From contig DIUZ01000024.1 of assembly GCA_002423205.1 (NCBI GenBank), forward strand, positions 199,891 to 263,890: 64,000 nt of DNA. The letters are read 5' to 3'. The position numbers were made by a program, and so were the translations under genes. Each line of letters starts with the position of its first letter. The first letter of the stretch is position 1. Of this stretch, positions 27,415 through 37,400 are shown piece by piece. The notes beneath the pieces were generated by a model. It ran no database searches and was not told where the DNA came from. It was given only the letters and a program-made list of their open reading frames with translations. Source of the DNA: Micavibrio sp. UBA6145. Lineage in GTDB: Bacteria; Pseudomonadota; Alphaproteobacteria; Micavibrionales; UBA1664.

Positions 27415-29061
27415 TCACTCCTGCGTCATCCAGTTGCGGATGATGGACACAGTTTCGTTCGGGTGCGTGGAGACAATGTCACCGACCTTGCGCACGGTTG
27501 ATGCCTTGACCTTGCCTTCGACGGCATTCATGTCGATCAGGCTGTCTTCTTCCTGCTGCATGCGCGCCTCAATCTCGGCGGCGGACGGGCCGGTCAGGGC
27601 CGGGGCCGAAGACGGTGCGGATTGTGCCAGCAGCATTTCTGAGCGTGCCTCTTCAATCGCGGCTTTCTGCGCCTGGAAGAGGGACGTCATGATGGGTTTC
27701 AGGACCAGCAGGATGACGAGGATACCCATGATGGCGAGCATGATCATCTCAGCTGTTTGCAGCAACTGGCCACGGTCGAAACCAAAGAGGGTGGAGTCTG
27801 ACCCGATTTCCGGCGTTTCGACTTCGGTGAACGCCATGTTCACCACTTCAACCGTGTCACCGCGCTTGGCATCAAAACCGATGGCGGATTTGACGAGGGC
27901 GCTGATCTTGTCGAGTTCTTCCTGCGTGCGCGGGGTGTAGGTTTTGTTACCTTCCTTGTCGGTGACTTCCGTACCGTCGATCAGGACGGCGACGGAAATT
28001 TTGTTCACCGTGCCGGTAGATGTGGTGATGGATTTTACCGTCTTGGAAATTTCGTAATTAGTTGTTTCTTCGCTGCGGACGTTTTTGGAATTATCACCGC
28101 CGGTTGCGTTGCCTTCGGTGCCTCCGGGCACATTGTTCTGGACGCTGACGGTGGTGGCGTTGCCGCCGGCAGTGGTTTCGGCGGATTCATCGCTGACCGA
28201 CTGGGTGGAGCGCACCACCTGGCCTTCAGGATCATAGGATTCCTGATTTTGTGTGATGCGGTCGAAATTCAGGTCGGCGGTAACATGCGCGCGGACCTTG
28301 TTGAAACCGACAATGCGACCAACCATGTCTTCGATGGCGGTGTTCAGGCGCTCTTCATAGGCGCGGCGCTGGTCCTGATCCTTGGCGGTATCCATCAGAC
28401 CGGTATCGTTGCTGCCGCCACCGGCCAGCATGTTGGCTTCGGTGTCGATAATCGTGACTTTTTCAGCCTTCAGGCCCGGCACGGCGTTGGCGACCAAATT
28501 CTGGATGCCGAAAACCTGTTCGCGCGAAAGACGTGCGGCGGGCTTGAGCTTGAGTGTCACGGATGCGGATGATTCACGCGTGTCGCGCGTGAACAATTCG
28601 CGCTGCGGCAGGACAAGGTGGACCTTGGCGAAGTCGACCGGGCCGAGTGTCGCAATGGTGCGGGCCAGTTCGCCCTGAAGCGCGCGGACCTGATTGATGT
28701 TCTGGACGAAGGATGTGGTGCCGAAACCGTTCTTCTGGTCGAAAAGTTCGTAACCCATGGTGCCGCCGTTGGGCAGGCCTTCCTGTGCCAGCACCATGCG
28801 GGCGCGGCCGATCTCGTTTTTCGGGACGCGGATCTGCGAGCCGTCGGTCGAGCCTTCGAACGGGATTTTCATTTCCTCAAGCTTGGCGGCGACGGATGCG
28901 GAATCAACGCTTGAGAGGTTGCCGTACAGCAAAGTCAGGCTAGGTTTGGAGACTTGGGCCGATACGAACACGAAGAAGATGAGAAGGCCCACGAACACGC
29001 CGCCAAGAACGGCGAGGCGGGCGGGACCTAGACTGCGAACGGTATCGACGAATGAGCTCAC
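27415..29061 (-). CDS. fliF: Flagellar MS-ring protein FliF
   Basis: The track ORF begins at GTG 29121. I prefer GTG 29061 (VSSFVDTV...), which has an AGGGA Shine-Dalgarno 7 nt upstream. Two TM segments flank a large periplasmic domain. Confidence 0.88.
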   Translation of the reverse strand: MSSFVDTVRSLGPARLAVLGGVFVGLLIFFVFVSAQVSKPSLTLLYGNLSSVDSASVAAKLEEMKIPFEGSTDGSQIRVPKNEIGRARMVLAQEGLPNGGTMGYELFDQKNGFGTTSFVQNINQVRALQGELARTIATLGPVDFAKVHLVLPQRELFTRDTRESSASVTLKLKPAARLSREQVFGIQNLVANAVPGLKAEKVTIIDTEANMLAGGGSNDTGLMDTAKDQDQRRAYEERLNTAIEDMVGRIVGFNKVRAHVTADLNFDRITQNQESYDPEGQVVRSTQSVSDESAETTAGGNATTVSVQNNVPGGTEGNATGGDNSKNVRSEETTNYEISKTVKSITTSTGTVNKISVAVLIDGTEVTDKEGNKTYTPRTQEELDKISALVKSAIGFDAKRGDTVEVVNMAFTEVETPEIGSDSTLFGFDRGQLLQTAEMIMLAIMGILVILLVLKPIMTSLFQAQKAAIEEARSEMLLAQSAPSSAPALTGPSAAEIEARMQQEEDSLIDMNAVEGKVKASTVRKVGDIVSTHPNETVSIIRNWMTQE

Positions 29062-29171
29062 GTAAGTTCCCTGATCTTTACTATCGCGCCTGAACGGCAG
29101 GCGATGACGCTGGCCGATCACGCGCTAAAAAGCTGAAAAAACAGCGTTTTATGCCCAATCTACCCCTGCTG

Positions 29172-29185
29172 TTAACATACATTAA
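29172..29185. promoter_or_regulatory. TTAAC-N5-TTAA repeat upstream of fliF
   Basis: TTAACatacaTTAAT. GANTC sites at 29196-29200 and 29249-29253. Lies 51-111 bp upstream of the candidate fliF starts. Confidence 0.3.
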
Positions 29186-29313
29186 TTTTTTACCCGAGTC
29201 CAATCATTGGCCACAGATATGCAAACGCATCACCCTTTTATGGTCAATGATTCGCGTAATGGAATGATATGCAAAAGACGGGCCTTAAAAGGCGTGTATT
29301 ACGAAAATTTATG

Positions 29314-30567
29314 TCAGATTTGTGCGGCAAGGCCGGGTATTGATCGCTGCGGCGTTGCGGATGGTGCATTGCCGGAAGCGGCGATTTTTTCGCCAAAGTC
29401 GCGCGCGGCCTGTCCGGGCAGCGCGTCTTCGATCATGACAATCTGGCCCTTATACCCCTTGGCGTCTTTCAGGTTAAGGAGGCCCGGGGTCATCACTTCT
29501 TCGCGGTGGGTGCCGCCGATCATCGTGTCTTTTTCGGTGCCGATGCGGTGCGCGACATAGTTTTTGCCGGGCGCTTCGCTGTGGAATTCGCCGTTCGTGG
29601 CCAGGCCGCTGGTCCATACGTTGCCCCACGAGGCGCGCAGAGATGTCTGGTTTTGTTGCAGGTTGGCGCGGAATTCATCTCGGCTGACGATTTCGCTCAT
29701 ATACGCAAGGTTGCGCATCAGGCGATGTTCAAGATTACGGTCATGCGCGCGTGGTTCCACCAGGAATGATTTGAAGCCCAGGCCCGTCAGCGTCATTGCA
29801 GGCAGGGTGCCGCCGGAATGCCCGGCCAGGACAAGTTTGTCTTTGATTGTTTCACCGTTTTCGTAGCCGAGTGTTTGCGCGGTGGTGCCGTTGGCGATCG
29901 TGATGCTGCCCTGTTTCAGATCGGTATCGAGTTCGCCGATATATTCCTTCATGGCGCGGGTGGCGCGTAAAAATGTGCTGCCCTTGTAAGTGTCTTCGGC
30001 ATTGAACAGCACGTCTCCGTAATCGCCAATGCCGCGGCTGGCCATGCCCATGAAGTTCTGCGAGATGTTGTTTGTGCCGCTGCCTGGCGTATCGCCTTCA
30101 AGGCCGGGGGCTGCGATCATGATCTTACCGCTGGCCTTGTGATACAGGGTCACGAAATATGCGTTGCCCATTTTTTTGCGCTGGTCTTTCAGGCTTGCGC
30201 GGCCATGACGTTCGTTCCAGCGGTTGCTGTCATCGAGGACAAGAAAGGGGCTATCCGGTTTGCCGAAATAATCGGCCATCGCCTTTTCCATGTTGAAGAC
30301 GTTGGTAGCACGGCCGTCGAGATCGGTGTTGTCCTGTGTGACCGGTGCGGTGGTGGGGTCGCGCATATTCGCACCGACATAATAGGCAGCGTAGGTTGCC
30401 ATCATGGTGTCTGCCATCGGGATGCCCTGAACCGTCTGGGTGCTGATATCGGTTTTTTTCATCTCAGGTTGCGGTATGTCTGGCGCCTGACTGCTTGCAT
30501 CAGAGCCCCTTACGGAGCCGAAGAAAATGGCCGCCAGGGATTTGCGGGTGAACGACGCTGGTTTCAT
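29314..30567 (-). CDS. Putative alpha/beta-hydrolase (GxSxG esterase/lipase-like), uncharacterised
   Basis: 417 aa with a nucleophile-elbow motif LVLAGHSGGT. No clear Sec signal peptide. Lies between flaG and fliF. Confidence 0.5.
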   Translation of the reverse strand: MKPASFTRKSLAAIFFGSVRGSDASSQAPDIPQPEMKKTDISTQTVQGIPMADTMMATYAAYYVGANMRDPTTAPVTQDNTDLDGRATNVFNMEKAMADYFGKPDSPFLVLDDSNRWNERHGRASLKDQRKKMGNAYFVTLYHKASGKIMIAAPGLEGDTPGSGTNNISQNFMGMASRGIGDYGDVLFNAEDTYKGSTFLRATRAMKEYIGELDTDLKQGSITIANGTTAQTLGYENGETIKDKLVLAGHSGGTLPAMTLTGLGFKSFLVEPRAHDRNLEHRLMRNLAYMSEIVSRDEFRANLQQNQTSLRASWGNVWTSGLATNGEFHSEAPGKNYVAHRIGTEKDTMIGGTHREEVMTPGLLNLKDAKGYKGQIVMIEDALPGQAARDFGEKIAASGNAPSATPQRSIPGLAAQI

Positions 30568-30830
30568 ACCATATGTTTACATATATTTTGGTTAAGGCGG
30601 AGTTAGTGGCCCTAATGCCAGAAAGCGGCTGCTTAAACGTTAACATGACGGGGAGGGGTGTAGCTGTTTATTAACCATTGGAATTCTTCTGTTTTCGCCA
30701 GCATCCATAATTTTTGTGGTGATATCAACAGCTTGCAGAATTTTATTTATTTAAGTGGAAAGTCGGCGGCTGAAAGGGTTAACCGAGTCGTTGCGAATGC
30801 GTTAACGCTTTAAAAATACAGGGAAATTGT

Positions 30831-30859
30831 TTGATTTTCGAAGCCAGTCGCGGTATGAT
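30831..30859 (+). promoter_or_regulatory. Sigma-70-like promoter upstream of flaG
   Basis: TTGATT-N17-TATGAT, 40 bp upstream of ATG 30899. Confidence 0.35.
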
Positions 30860-30898
30860 GGTAGTAAGGACAAGTAGACCTTGTCACTTGGGGAAAAT

Positions 30899-31351
30899 AT
30901 GATTGAGGCAGTCAAATCAACGGTCGCCAGTAGCGCCCTTTTAAGAGCCAATGTGGACCAGTCGTCCACGTTGAACTCTTTTGCCGCCAATCCGGACAAA
31001 ATCCAATCCGTATCTCAGGCGCCTTACGTCAGCCCGACAATCCGTGTCGACGTAAACACCAAGATCGCGATCATGGAATTCCGTGAATCTGATACTGGCC
31101 AAGTGGTCGCCCATATTCCGTCCGAACAGGCAATTCGCACATATAAACTGCGCGAAGCAAAACAGGACGCTCAACTTATGGCCAAGCTGACCCAAAAAAC
31201 CGGCACCCAGAATGGTTCTGTGCCTGTGCAAACATCGCCATCTGCGCAAGAAGCGCCGGCGATTGTTGCCACAAGCTCGTCCCAGGAGGCCGACGTCAGT
31301 CTGGCACGCGAGTTACGTGCGATCACAAGCATCGTTCCTATTTCCGCTTAA
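30899..31351 (+). CDS. flaG: FlaG-like flagellar protein
   Basis: ORF trimmed to ATG 30899. Core IAIMEFRESDTGQVVAHIPSEQAIRTY fits the FlaG family pattern (xFxVDxxTGxxVVxIxDxxTGEVIRQIPSEE). Confidence 0.6.
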   Translation: MIEAVKSTVASSALLRANVDQSSTLNSFAANPDKIQSVSQAPYVSPTIRVDVNTKIAIMEFRESDTGQVVAHIPSEQAIRTYKLREAKQDAQLMAKLTQKTGTQNGSVPVQTSPSAQEAPAIVATSSSQEADVSLARELRAITSIVPISA

Positions 31352-31444
31352 TTGAAGCGGGTTTAGGTACAAAGACGTAAAAGGCGCATTTTGCGCCACG
31401 CTGCTGCTTTGTCTTTTTGGATTTTTTGTCCGGAAAGCGGGCAT

Positions 31445-31476
31445 ATAAAAAAGCGCGATCCTCTAAGGTTCGCGCT
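31445..31476 (-). terminator. Rho-independent terminator after flaF
   Basis: Stem AGCGCGA/TCGCGCT (31452-58 / 31470-76). On the minus strand it is followed by TTTTTTAT. Confidence 0.6.
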
Positions 31477-31506
31477 TTCGCATATCTGGAATTATCTAAG
31501 ATAGCA

Positions 31507-31974
31507 TTATGCCGATGTGCTGGTGCCCGGCGTTTCGGTCGATTGCGCGGCGGACGCCTGGGTGCTTGCGGCGGCGGTCGTGCCGGCGGGTTTCATCATC
31601 AGTCCGGCCGCGATCTGGCGGTTGATGTCGACTAGGACGCGCAGTTTTTCCTTGCTCGGCTCAGTCAGAATATTGATCGAGCGTTTGAAGATGAAGTTGC
31701 ACAGATTGACGATGTTGTTGCGCAGGTCGACCGGGCGTTCGTCCGGATTTTCCAGCGCGGTGTCGAAGAACAGCATCCAGAGTTTGCGGTTGTAGTTGAG
31801 GATGTTGTCGATGTCTTCCGGCGTCGCCTGGTCCCAGTTGTCGTGAAGTTTCTGAAGTTCGCCTGCAGCTTTGAGCAGCAATTGTCCTTCCAGTTCACGC
31901 TGATCCGGCGTTTCCTTGGCTTGCTTGCCGTATTTGCCGGCGGCGCTGGCGTATGGGTTGGGTGCTTTAGACAT
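31507..31974 (-). CDS. flaF: Flagellin synthesis regulator FlaF
   Basis: RELEGQLLLKAA...YNRKLWMLFFD...LRNNIVNLCNFIFKRS...LVDINRQIAAGL matches the FlaF pattern. Overlaps flbT by 8 nt. Confidence 0.8.
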   Translation of the reverse strand: MSKAPNPYASAAGKYGKQAKETPDQRELEGQLLLKAAGELQKLHDNWDQATPEDIDNILNYNRKLWMLFFDTALENPDERPVDLRNNIVNLCNFIFKRSINILTEPSKEKLRVLVDINRQIAAGLMMKPAGTTAAASTQASAAQSTETPGTSTSA

Positions 31975-32350
31975 TGGCCATCAGCTCCTGTTCGTAATCG
32001 ATGAGTTTTCTAGCTTCGCGAAGTGCCTTGTAATAATGACCGCCGAGAATATGCGATGAAATGTCGGCGATGAGAAGGGATGTGGTGGGGGCGGCGTCCT
32101 GTACTTCGCGCACGGCAGTGAAGTATGAGTCGTAAATCTCCGTCGGGTCGTTCGCAAGATACATCATCTGGATGATGAAATAGATGCGTTTGCAAGGCGA
32201 TGTCGCATCTTCTTCACGCAAGACATCTTTCTCGCGGAGGATGGGGGCGTCGCCTTCGATATGCAGGCGCGTGCGCTGGTTATCGTTTGTGATAACGGCG
32301 TTGCCGATAATGATACGTTCTTTGGGTTTTAGGTCTATGACCAGAGCCAT
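31967..32350 (-). CDS. flbT: Flagellin translational repressor FlbT
   Basis: MALVIDLKPKERIIIGNAVITN...APILREKDVL, a typical FlbT N-terminus. Confidence 0.85.
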   Translation of the reverse strand: MALVIDLKPKERIIIGNAVITNDNQRTRLHIEGDAPILREKDVLREEDATSPCKRIYFIIQMMYLANDPTEIYDSYFTAVREVQDAAPTTSLLIADISSHILGGHYYKALREARKLIDYEQELMANV

Positions 32351-32463
32351 GAGTTTCTCTCAAATGTTACAAGGGCATCCTGCCCAGGAGTTTAGTGGGT
32401 GTAGTCAGAATATCAAAAGAAAACTTCGGTGTTGGTTTTCCTTGGATCTTCCGACGGGAAGAG

Positions 32464-32493
32464 TTGAAAAGGGACCGGATTTCTTCCGGTCCC
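32464..32493 (-). terminator. Rho-independent terminator after the flagellin gene
   Basis: Stem GGGACCGG/CCGGTCCC (32471-78 / 32486-93), 7-nt loop, followed on the minus strand by TTTTC. Lies 15 bp after the stop. Confidence 0.65.
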
Positions 32494-32507
32494 TTTCCAC
32501 TTTAAAA

Positions 32508-34271
32508 TTAGAACAGACGCAGGACCGACTGTTGAGCCTGAGCTGCCAGCGACAGGGCGGTAACGCCCAGCTGTTGGCGGGTCTGCAGAGCGAGCAGTTT
32601 GGCGCCTTCTTCGTTCTGATCGGCGAGGGTCAGTTTATCCGAACCTTCATTCAGGGTATTGATCAGGTTCGTCGTGAAATCCTGACGGGTCTGAATAACC
32701 GAGAGCGAGTTGGCCAGGGTCGAACCGAAGTTACGCAGCGTCGACAGGCCCGCGCGGGTCTGGGTAGCAGCGGTTTCGATCGTATCAAGGCGCGAGAAGT
32801 CAGCTTTAGCGATCCCAATATTAGTCGATGACAGGTTGGTACCAGTTGTCGACAGTTTGTTGGAACGGTTTTCGTTGAAATAGGTATCCAACGTATCGCC
32901 CTTAAGCAGGTTGACGCCACGGTAGCTGGAATCTTCAACCAAATCATCGATCTGATCGCGGATTTTGTTGTAGTCAGCTTCGTACTGGGACAGCGTGGAA
33001 GCAGCTGAGGCAAGAATAAACGTCTCACCCGTGCTGATACCAGCGGTTGCACCAGGCAGGAAAGCCTGAGATGTACCGAAGTCAAAGTCGACTCTGGTGG
33101 CTGCACCGTTGTCCGAACCGACGGCATCAATTTTGATGGTCTGAACGGTCGCGTTTTTAGCTTCAATCGTGAACTGACCGGTTGTGGCATCGTAGTTGGC
33201 CTTAACCAGGCTTCCCACGTTGCTGTCGTTATTGATGCTGTCGACCAGGCCCTGGATCGTCGTACCGGTAATGCGGACTTTCGAAGAAGTCTTGCTACCG
33301 TTAACGGTGATCGTAATACCCGAGGTTTCGTTCGCAGAAGCGGAGAAACGTACCTGACCGCCGGTATCAGAATCATCTACCGCAGTCAGAAGATCTGAAG
33401 CGCTAGCGAAACCACTGTTACCATTCTTGTAGAAGATACCTGAGGTGAGTTTGGTGTTATTGGTTGCCGTTGCGGAAACCGTGAAAACCTGGCTAGCCGC
33501 AGCAACGCCGGCCGAAGTCTGGATGGCAATGCCACCAAAACCAAGTGCCGAAGCAAACGTCTGATCAGCCGTCGATGTGGTTGCCGTAGTGGCAACACCA
33601 GTACCGTCGGCGTCAAATGCCATGTTGAAGCTACCGCCATTAAGTGCAGTGACTTTCAGGTAGCCAGCCGAGGTCAGTTCAGCCTTAAGGACAGCTTCGC
33701 CGGTTGCCGAGTTCACGAGGTCATTGATTTTCGTGATCAACTGCTCCGTGGAATCGCCGGTGACGATGTTGACCGAGCCAGCACCGATACCACCCGGGTT
33801 GTTAAGGACAACGGCAGTGCCGTCAGCCTTTTTAACGGTGAACGTGAGTTCGGCGCCGGTGTTGATGCCTGTAACACTGGTCAGGCCGCCGGTTGCGCCG
33901 TTCGACGTGATCTTGGACAGGTTAACAGTACCGGTCAAAGCTGCTTCTTTTGAGCCGTTGGTGATGGCGTCACGTGCCGAGTCAACGATCGACGAAGCTT
34001 GTTCGACGAGTTTGGTCAGCGAGGTAACACCGGTATCAGCGGTTTTAATGGTTTGAATCGACTGACCAATGCCGTCCAGAAGGGCGGAGAGGTCGGACGA
34101 GCGGTTTTTGAGAGCTTGAGACGCGAAGAAGCTTTGCGGGTTATCAAGTGCCGAAGACACTTTCAGGCCCGTTGAAAGAATACCTTGCGTTCTGTCGATT
34201 GAAGACTGCGTACGCTGAAGCGAAAGCAGGTTGTTGCGCAATGCTGCGCTGAGGACGACTTCACCAGTCAT
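32508..34271 (-). CDS. Flagellin (long, 587 aa)
   Basis: Conserved N-terminus (LSAALRNNLLSLQRTQSSIDRTQGILSTGLKVSSALDNPQSFF) and C-terminus (EEGAKLLALQTRQQLGVTALSLAAQAQQSVLRLF) flank a ~400-aa T/S/G/A-rich central domain. Confidence 0.85.
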   Translation of the reverse strand: MTGEVVLSAALRNNLLSLQRTQSSIDRTQGILSTGLKVSSALDNPQSFFASQALKNRSSDLSALLDGIGQSIQTIKTADTGVTSLTKLVEQASSIVDSARDAITNGSKEAALTGTVNLSKITSNGATGGLTSVTGINTGAELTFTVKKADGTAVVLNNPGGIGAGSVNIVTGDSTEQLITKINDLVNSATGEAVLKAELTSAGYLKVTALNGGSFNMAFDADGTGVATTATTSTADQTFASALGFGGIAIQTSAGVAAASQVFTVSATATNNTKLTSGIFYKNGNSGFASASDLLTAVDDSDTGGQVRFSASANETSGITITVNGSKTSSKVRITGTTIQGLVDSINNDSNVGSLVKANYDATTGQFTIEAKNATVQTIKIDAVGSDNGAATRVDFDFGTSQAFLPGATAGISTGETFILASAASTLSQYEADYNKIRDQIDDLVEDSSYRGVNLLKGDTLDTYFNENRSNKLSTTGTNLSSTNIGIAKADFSRLDTIETAATQTRAGLSTLRNFGSTLANSLSVIQTRQDFTTNLINTLNEGSDKLTLADQNEEGAKLLALQTRQQLGVTALSLAAQAQQSVLRLF

Positions 34272-34305
34272 ATTTGTAACTCCTATCCTAGGGGTTATAT
34301 GTTAT

Positions 34306-34325
34306 GTCACCTGTTCCTTGGTGAC
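34306..34325 (-). promoter_or_regulatory. Hairpin in the presumed flagellin 5' leader
   Basis: GTCACC-N8-GGTGAC inverted repeat, 35-54 nt upstream of the start codon and between the CtrA box and the AGGAG Shine-Dalgarno. Confidence 0.3.
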
Positions 34326-34349
34326 TAATACATCATAGTACAATGATTC

Positions 34350-34364
34350 TTAATGAATTGTTAA
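34350..34364. promoter_or_regulatory. Canonical CtrA box TTAA-N7-TTAA upstream of the flagellin gene
   Basis: TTAAtgaattgTTAA (minus strand TTAACAATTCATTAA), 79-93 bp upstream of ATG 34271. A GATTC site sits at 34345-34349. Confidence 0.45.
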
Positions 34365-34462
34365 AGGGGAAAATTTATCAAAGTCCGATGTCTGTAATCT
34401 TTTCCTTTTTCTTTCAGCTGTTTGTTCAAAAATGTATGGACGTTAGGGTAAGCAATCTTGGG

Positions 34463-37400
34463 TCAATAGGACTTAAGGTTTTCCTGTGCCGTCTTTGTCC
34501 ATTTTTTTACCATATTTTCTTTACGGCGTAGTGCGGCTATAGCCGCATCCATTTTCCGAAAGGCGCTGGGGTCTTCGTAAAATATCGGACTTGATAAGGC
34601 GGTCATTTTTTCAATTCCCATAAAGCTCAAAACATTTGTTCCGGTTGTGAAAGGTTGGGTGGGAATGCCTGCAGCGTGCGACATGAGACAGGTTGAATGA
34701 AAACCGCTGATGACCAACTTCGCCCCAAGAAGAGTGGCGGTAAATTGTTCTGCCGACTGTGCGTCTATGGTTTCGAAATGGCCGCCAATCAGCTCGGACA
34801 TATCTTTTTCGAGCATCATATCTTCCTGAGATAGGTGCCATTGCGCCCCTTTGAGGAGCGTGGGCTGCAATCCTTGTTCCCGAAGATGCAGGCACAATTT
34901 GGCAAAAACTGGTGCGTAGAATGACGTGTACCCTGGGCCGGCGGTGATGACCGCGGTGTTATGCTTTTCGATTTTCGGTTTAGACTCTAGGTAATCCGAA
35001 AGCCAGAGTAGTGCGGTATCCATACCCAAAGTACATGGAATATTGATTGAACGCAGGATGTCGTAAGATATCTGGTCGCGTACAACGCAGGCATCCAGTT
35101 TTGTGTAAACCTTGTGATAGAAGGCCAGTTTTTGTGGGTCGCTTAGTGAAGGTTTGTCTTCCGGGAAGACTGAATGGTTGATAATGCTGACTTTTTTGCC
35201 AAAAAACTGTTTTGCGATATAAGCAAGATACAGCATATAGAGCGCTGTATCGCTCAGACCGTTCATCATGCTCTCGCCGTTAATTATGATCTGGTCGGAT
35301 TGTTCGATTGCATAGAATAAAGTGGGATTTTTGTAACGCCAGTAAGCCAGAAAACGGCGGTCATCGAAATCCTGTAATGTCGGTTTCCCAACGGGAAACC
35401 AGTTCAGCGCGATCGTGGAAAGATCTTCGACGTCATAATTCTTTTTCTCCAGCACGGACTTTATCCCCTGCATGGACGCATAGTGCCCCCAGGTGAATGC
35501 AGCGCCAGTATCATTGATGAGAAACGCACGTTTTTTCTTTTTACTGTTGGCAGGAAATAAGCGTTGGTATTTGCGCGGGGCTATACAGTTTTTATCGCCT
35601 GCAATAAATTTACGAAACTCTGCGTCGACGCGGACAAACAATTCCGTATAGTCTTTTTGTGTCTGACGGAAAAGGCGCAGGGATTCATACCAAGGCGTGG
35701 CCTCGCCGCTCACTGGCCAGCGCCAAAAAGGTTCCTGCGCGAGGATGGTCCAGCATGGCACGCCCATGGCGCCCGCGGCATGAACAGTTGTGTTGTCGAT
35801 AGATATAATCAAATCGCAGGCTGCAATCTGGTCCATGAATGGTTGCATGGCTGTCCATGAATCGACTTTGTCGTCATGAAAAATATGGAATCCTTTTTCT
35901 GCGGCATCCTTGCGTTCCGCAGATGTGTCGCCGTACTGCAAATCGATTACACGAATATTGTCGTATTTTGCCAAGAAATCGAAATCCATCAATTTCAGGG
36001 AGCGTATATATCCGGCATCGAGGCTTTTTGTGTACCAGGAAATGCCAACCACAAATTCCTTATTGCTGTCTTTCTTGTAATCAAGTGTTTTGTCTTTTTT
36101 CAGGTAATGATCGGTATGAGGTATTTCGTCAATTTCAGTGTTGAAGATGTGTGGCAAGGTTGTTGCTGCGACAAGCAGGTCGATCGTATTGTCGGTATGT
36201 AGAGCGGGATCAAAAAATTCAACCTTGCCGCTTTCGAATATCTCAGGAAAGCTGACAGAGAAGAGCGCTTCCATTTTTTGGTTAACGTTAATGATCAGTT
36301 TTTGTGGCGCGTATCTATTAACGATCTCGGGCACGTATCGCATCATCATGATAATGTCGCCAATGCCCTGATCCGCATAAAACATCAAGGTTTTGTCGCT
36401 GATATCTTCACCATACCAGCGCGGCGTGCTTTCAGGCATGCGCTTGCTGGTTAGTTTTGCCTTGTGCCAATACCATTCCAGTTCAGCAAAAGCTTTTGGA
36501 TATTGTTCCATTTTGAGGGCAGCCACGCCAATGGCGTAATGAACATCCGGTGAAAGCGGGTCAACCGCCAGCGCTTTTTCCAGATCACCTTCCAGGTTTA
36601 AGTATTCTTTTTTGTAGCGATGAATGGTCGACCGATTAAGGTATGGGGCCATCATCAACTTATCGAGACGGGTTGCTTCGTCAAAGCATGCCAATGCTTC
36701 GTCTATGCGGGCATTTCCGAGATAAGACAGGCCAAGATTGCATTTGTATACAGCGCTTTCCGGATCGAGAGCTGCGGCTTTTGCAGAGGCCTCCAGCGCT
36801 TTGTCGAACTGGCGCAGTGCCGTATAAGCACGTTCCAGTGCGGACCATGCTTCCGGCGCTTGGGGGTATTCCTGTGTTGCGTTGAGCGCGACAGTTTCTG
36901 CCCTTTGAAGCTCCTGATTCATGATCAGTGCATCGACATATTGAGCCGTCTGGTTTGGTGTATTTGTCGCCTGGCTCTCGTAAACTTTAATAGCCAGGCC
37001 AGGCTTCAGGGTTTTGACCAGGCTAAGCATCAAAGCTTCGCGATAATCCCCGTCAGCCATGAAGGCTGCTTGGCACACTTCCAGTTCGAGACATTTTAAG
37101 GCGGCGTCGTAATTCTCGACTTTCGAAAACGCTATACCTGCCTTGCGGTATGCGCGTGGATCTTTGGTGATTTGCGCATATTCCAGGTAATGCCCGGCTG
37201 CGTGTATAAGGTCGTTATTTTTGAACGAAATTTCACCAAGGTAATAAAGAGCCTGGGGGGCCGCGCTAAAGTCTTTGATGCTAAGTAACAGGAGGCGTGC
37301 CTGTGTAAATTTTTCCTGCTTAATCAGGTTTACCGCCTGACGCGTGATTTCGTCATTGGGCGAGGGGTCTGTGATGGCGCTGGACGTTTGCTGAGGTAGC

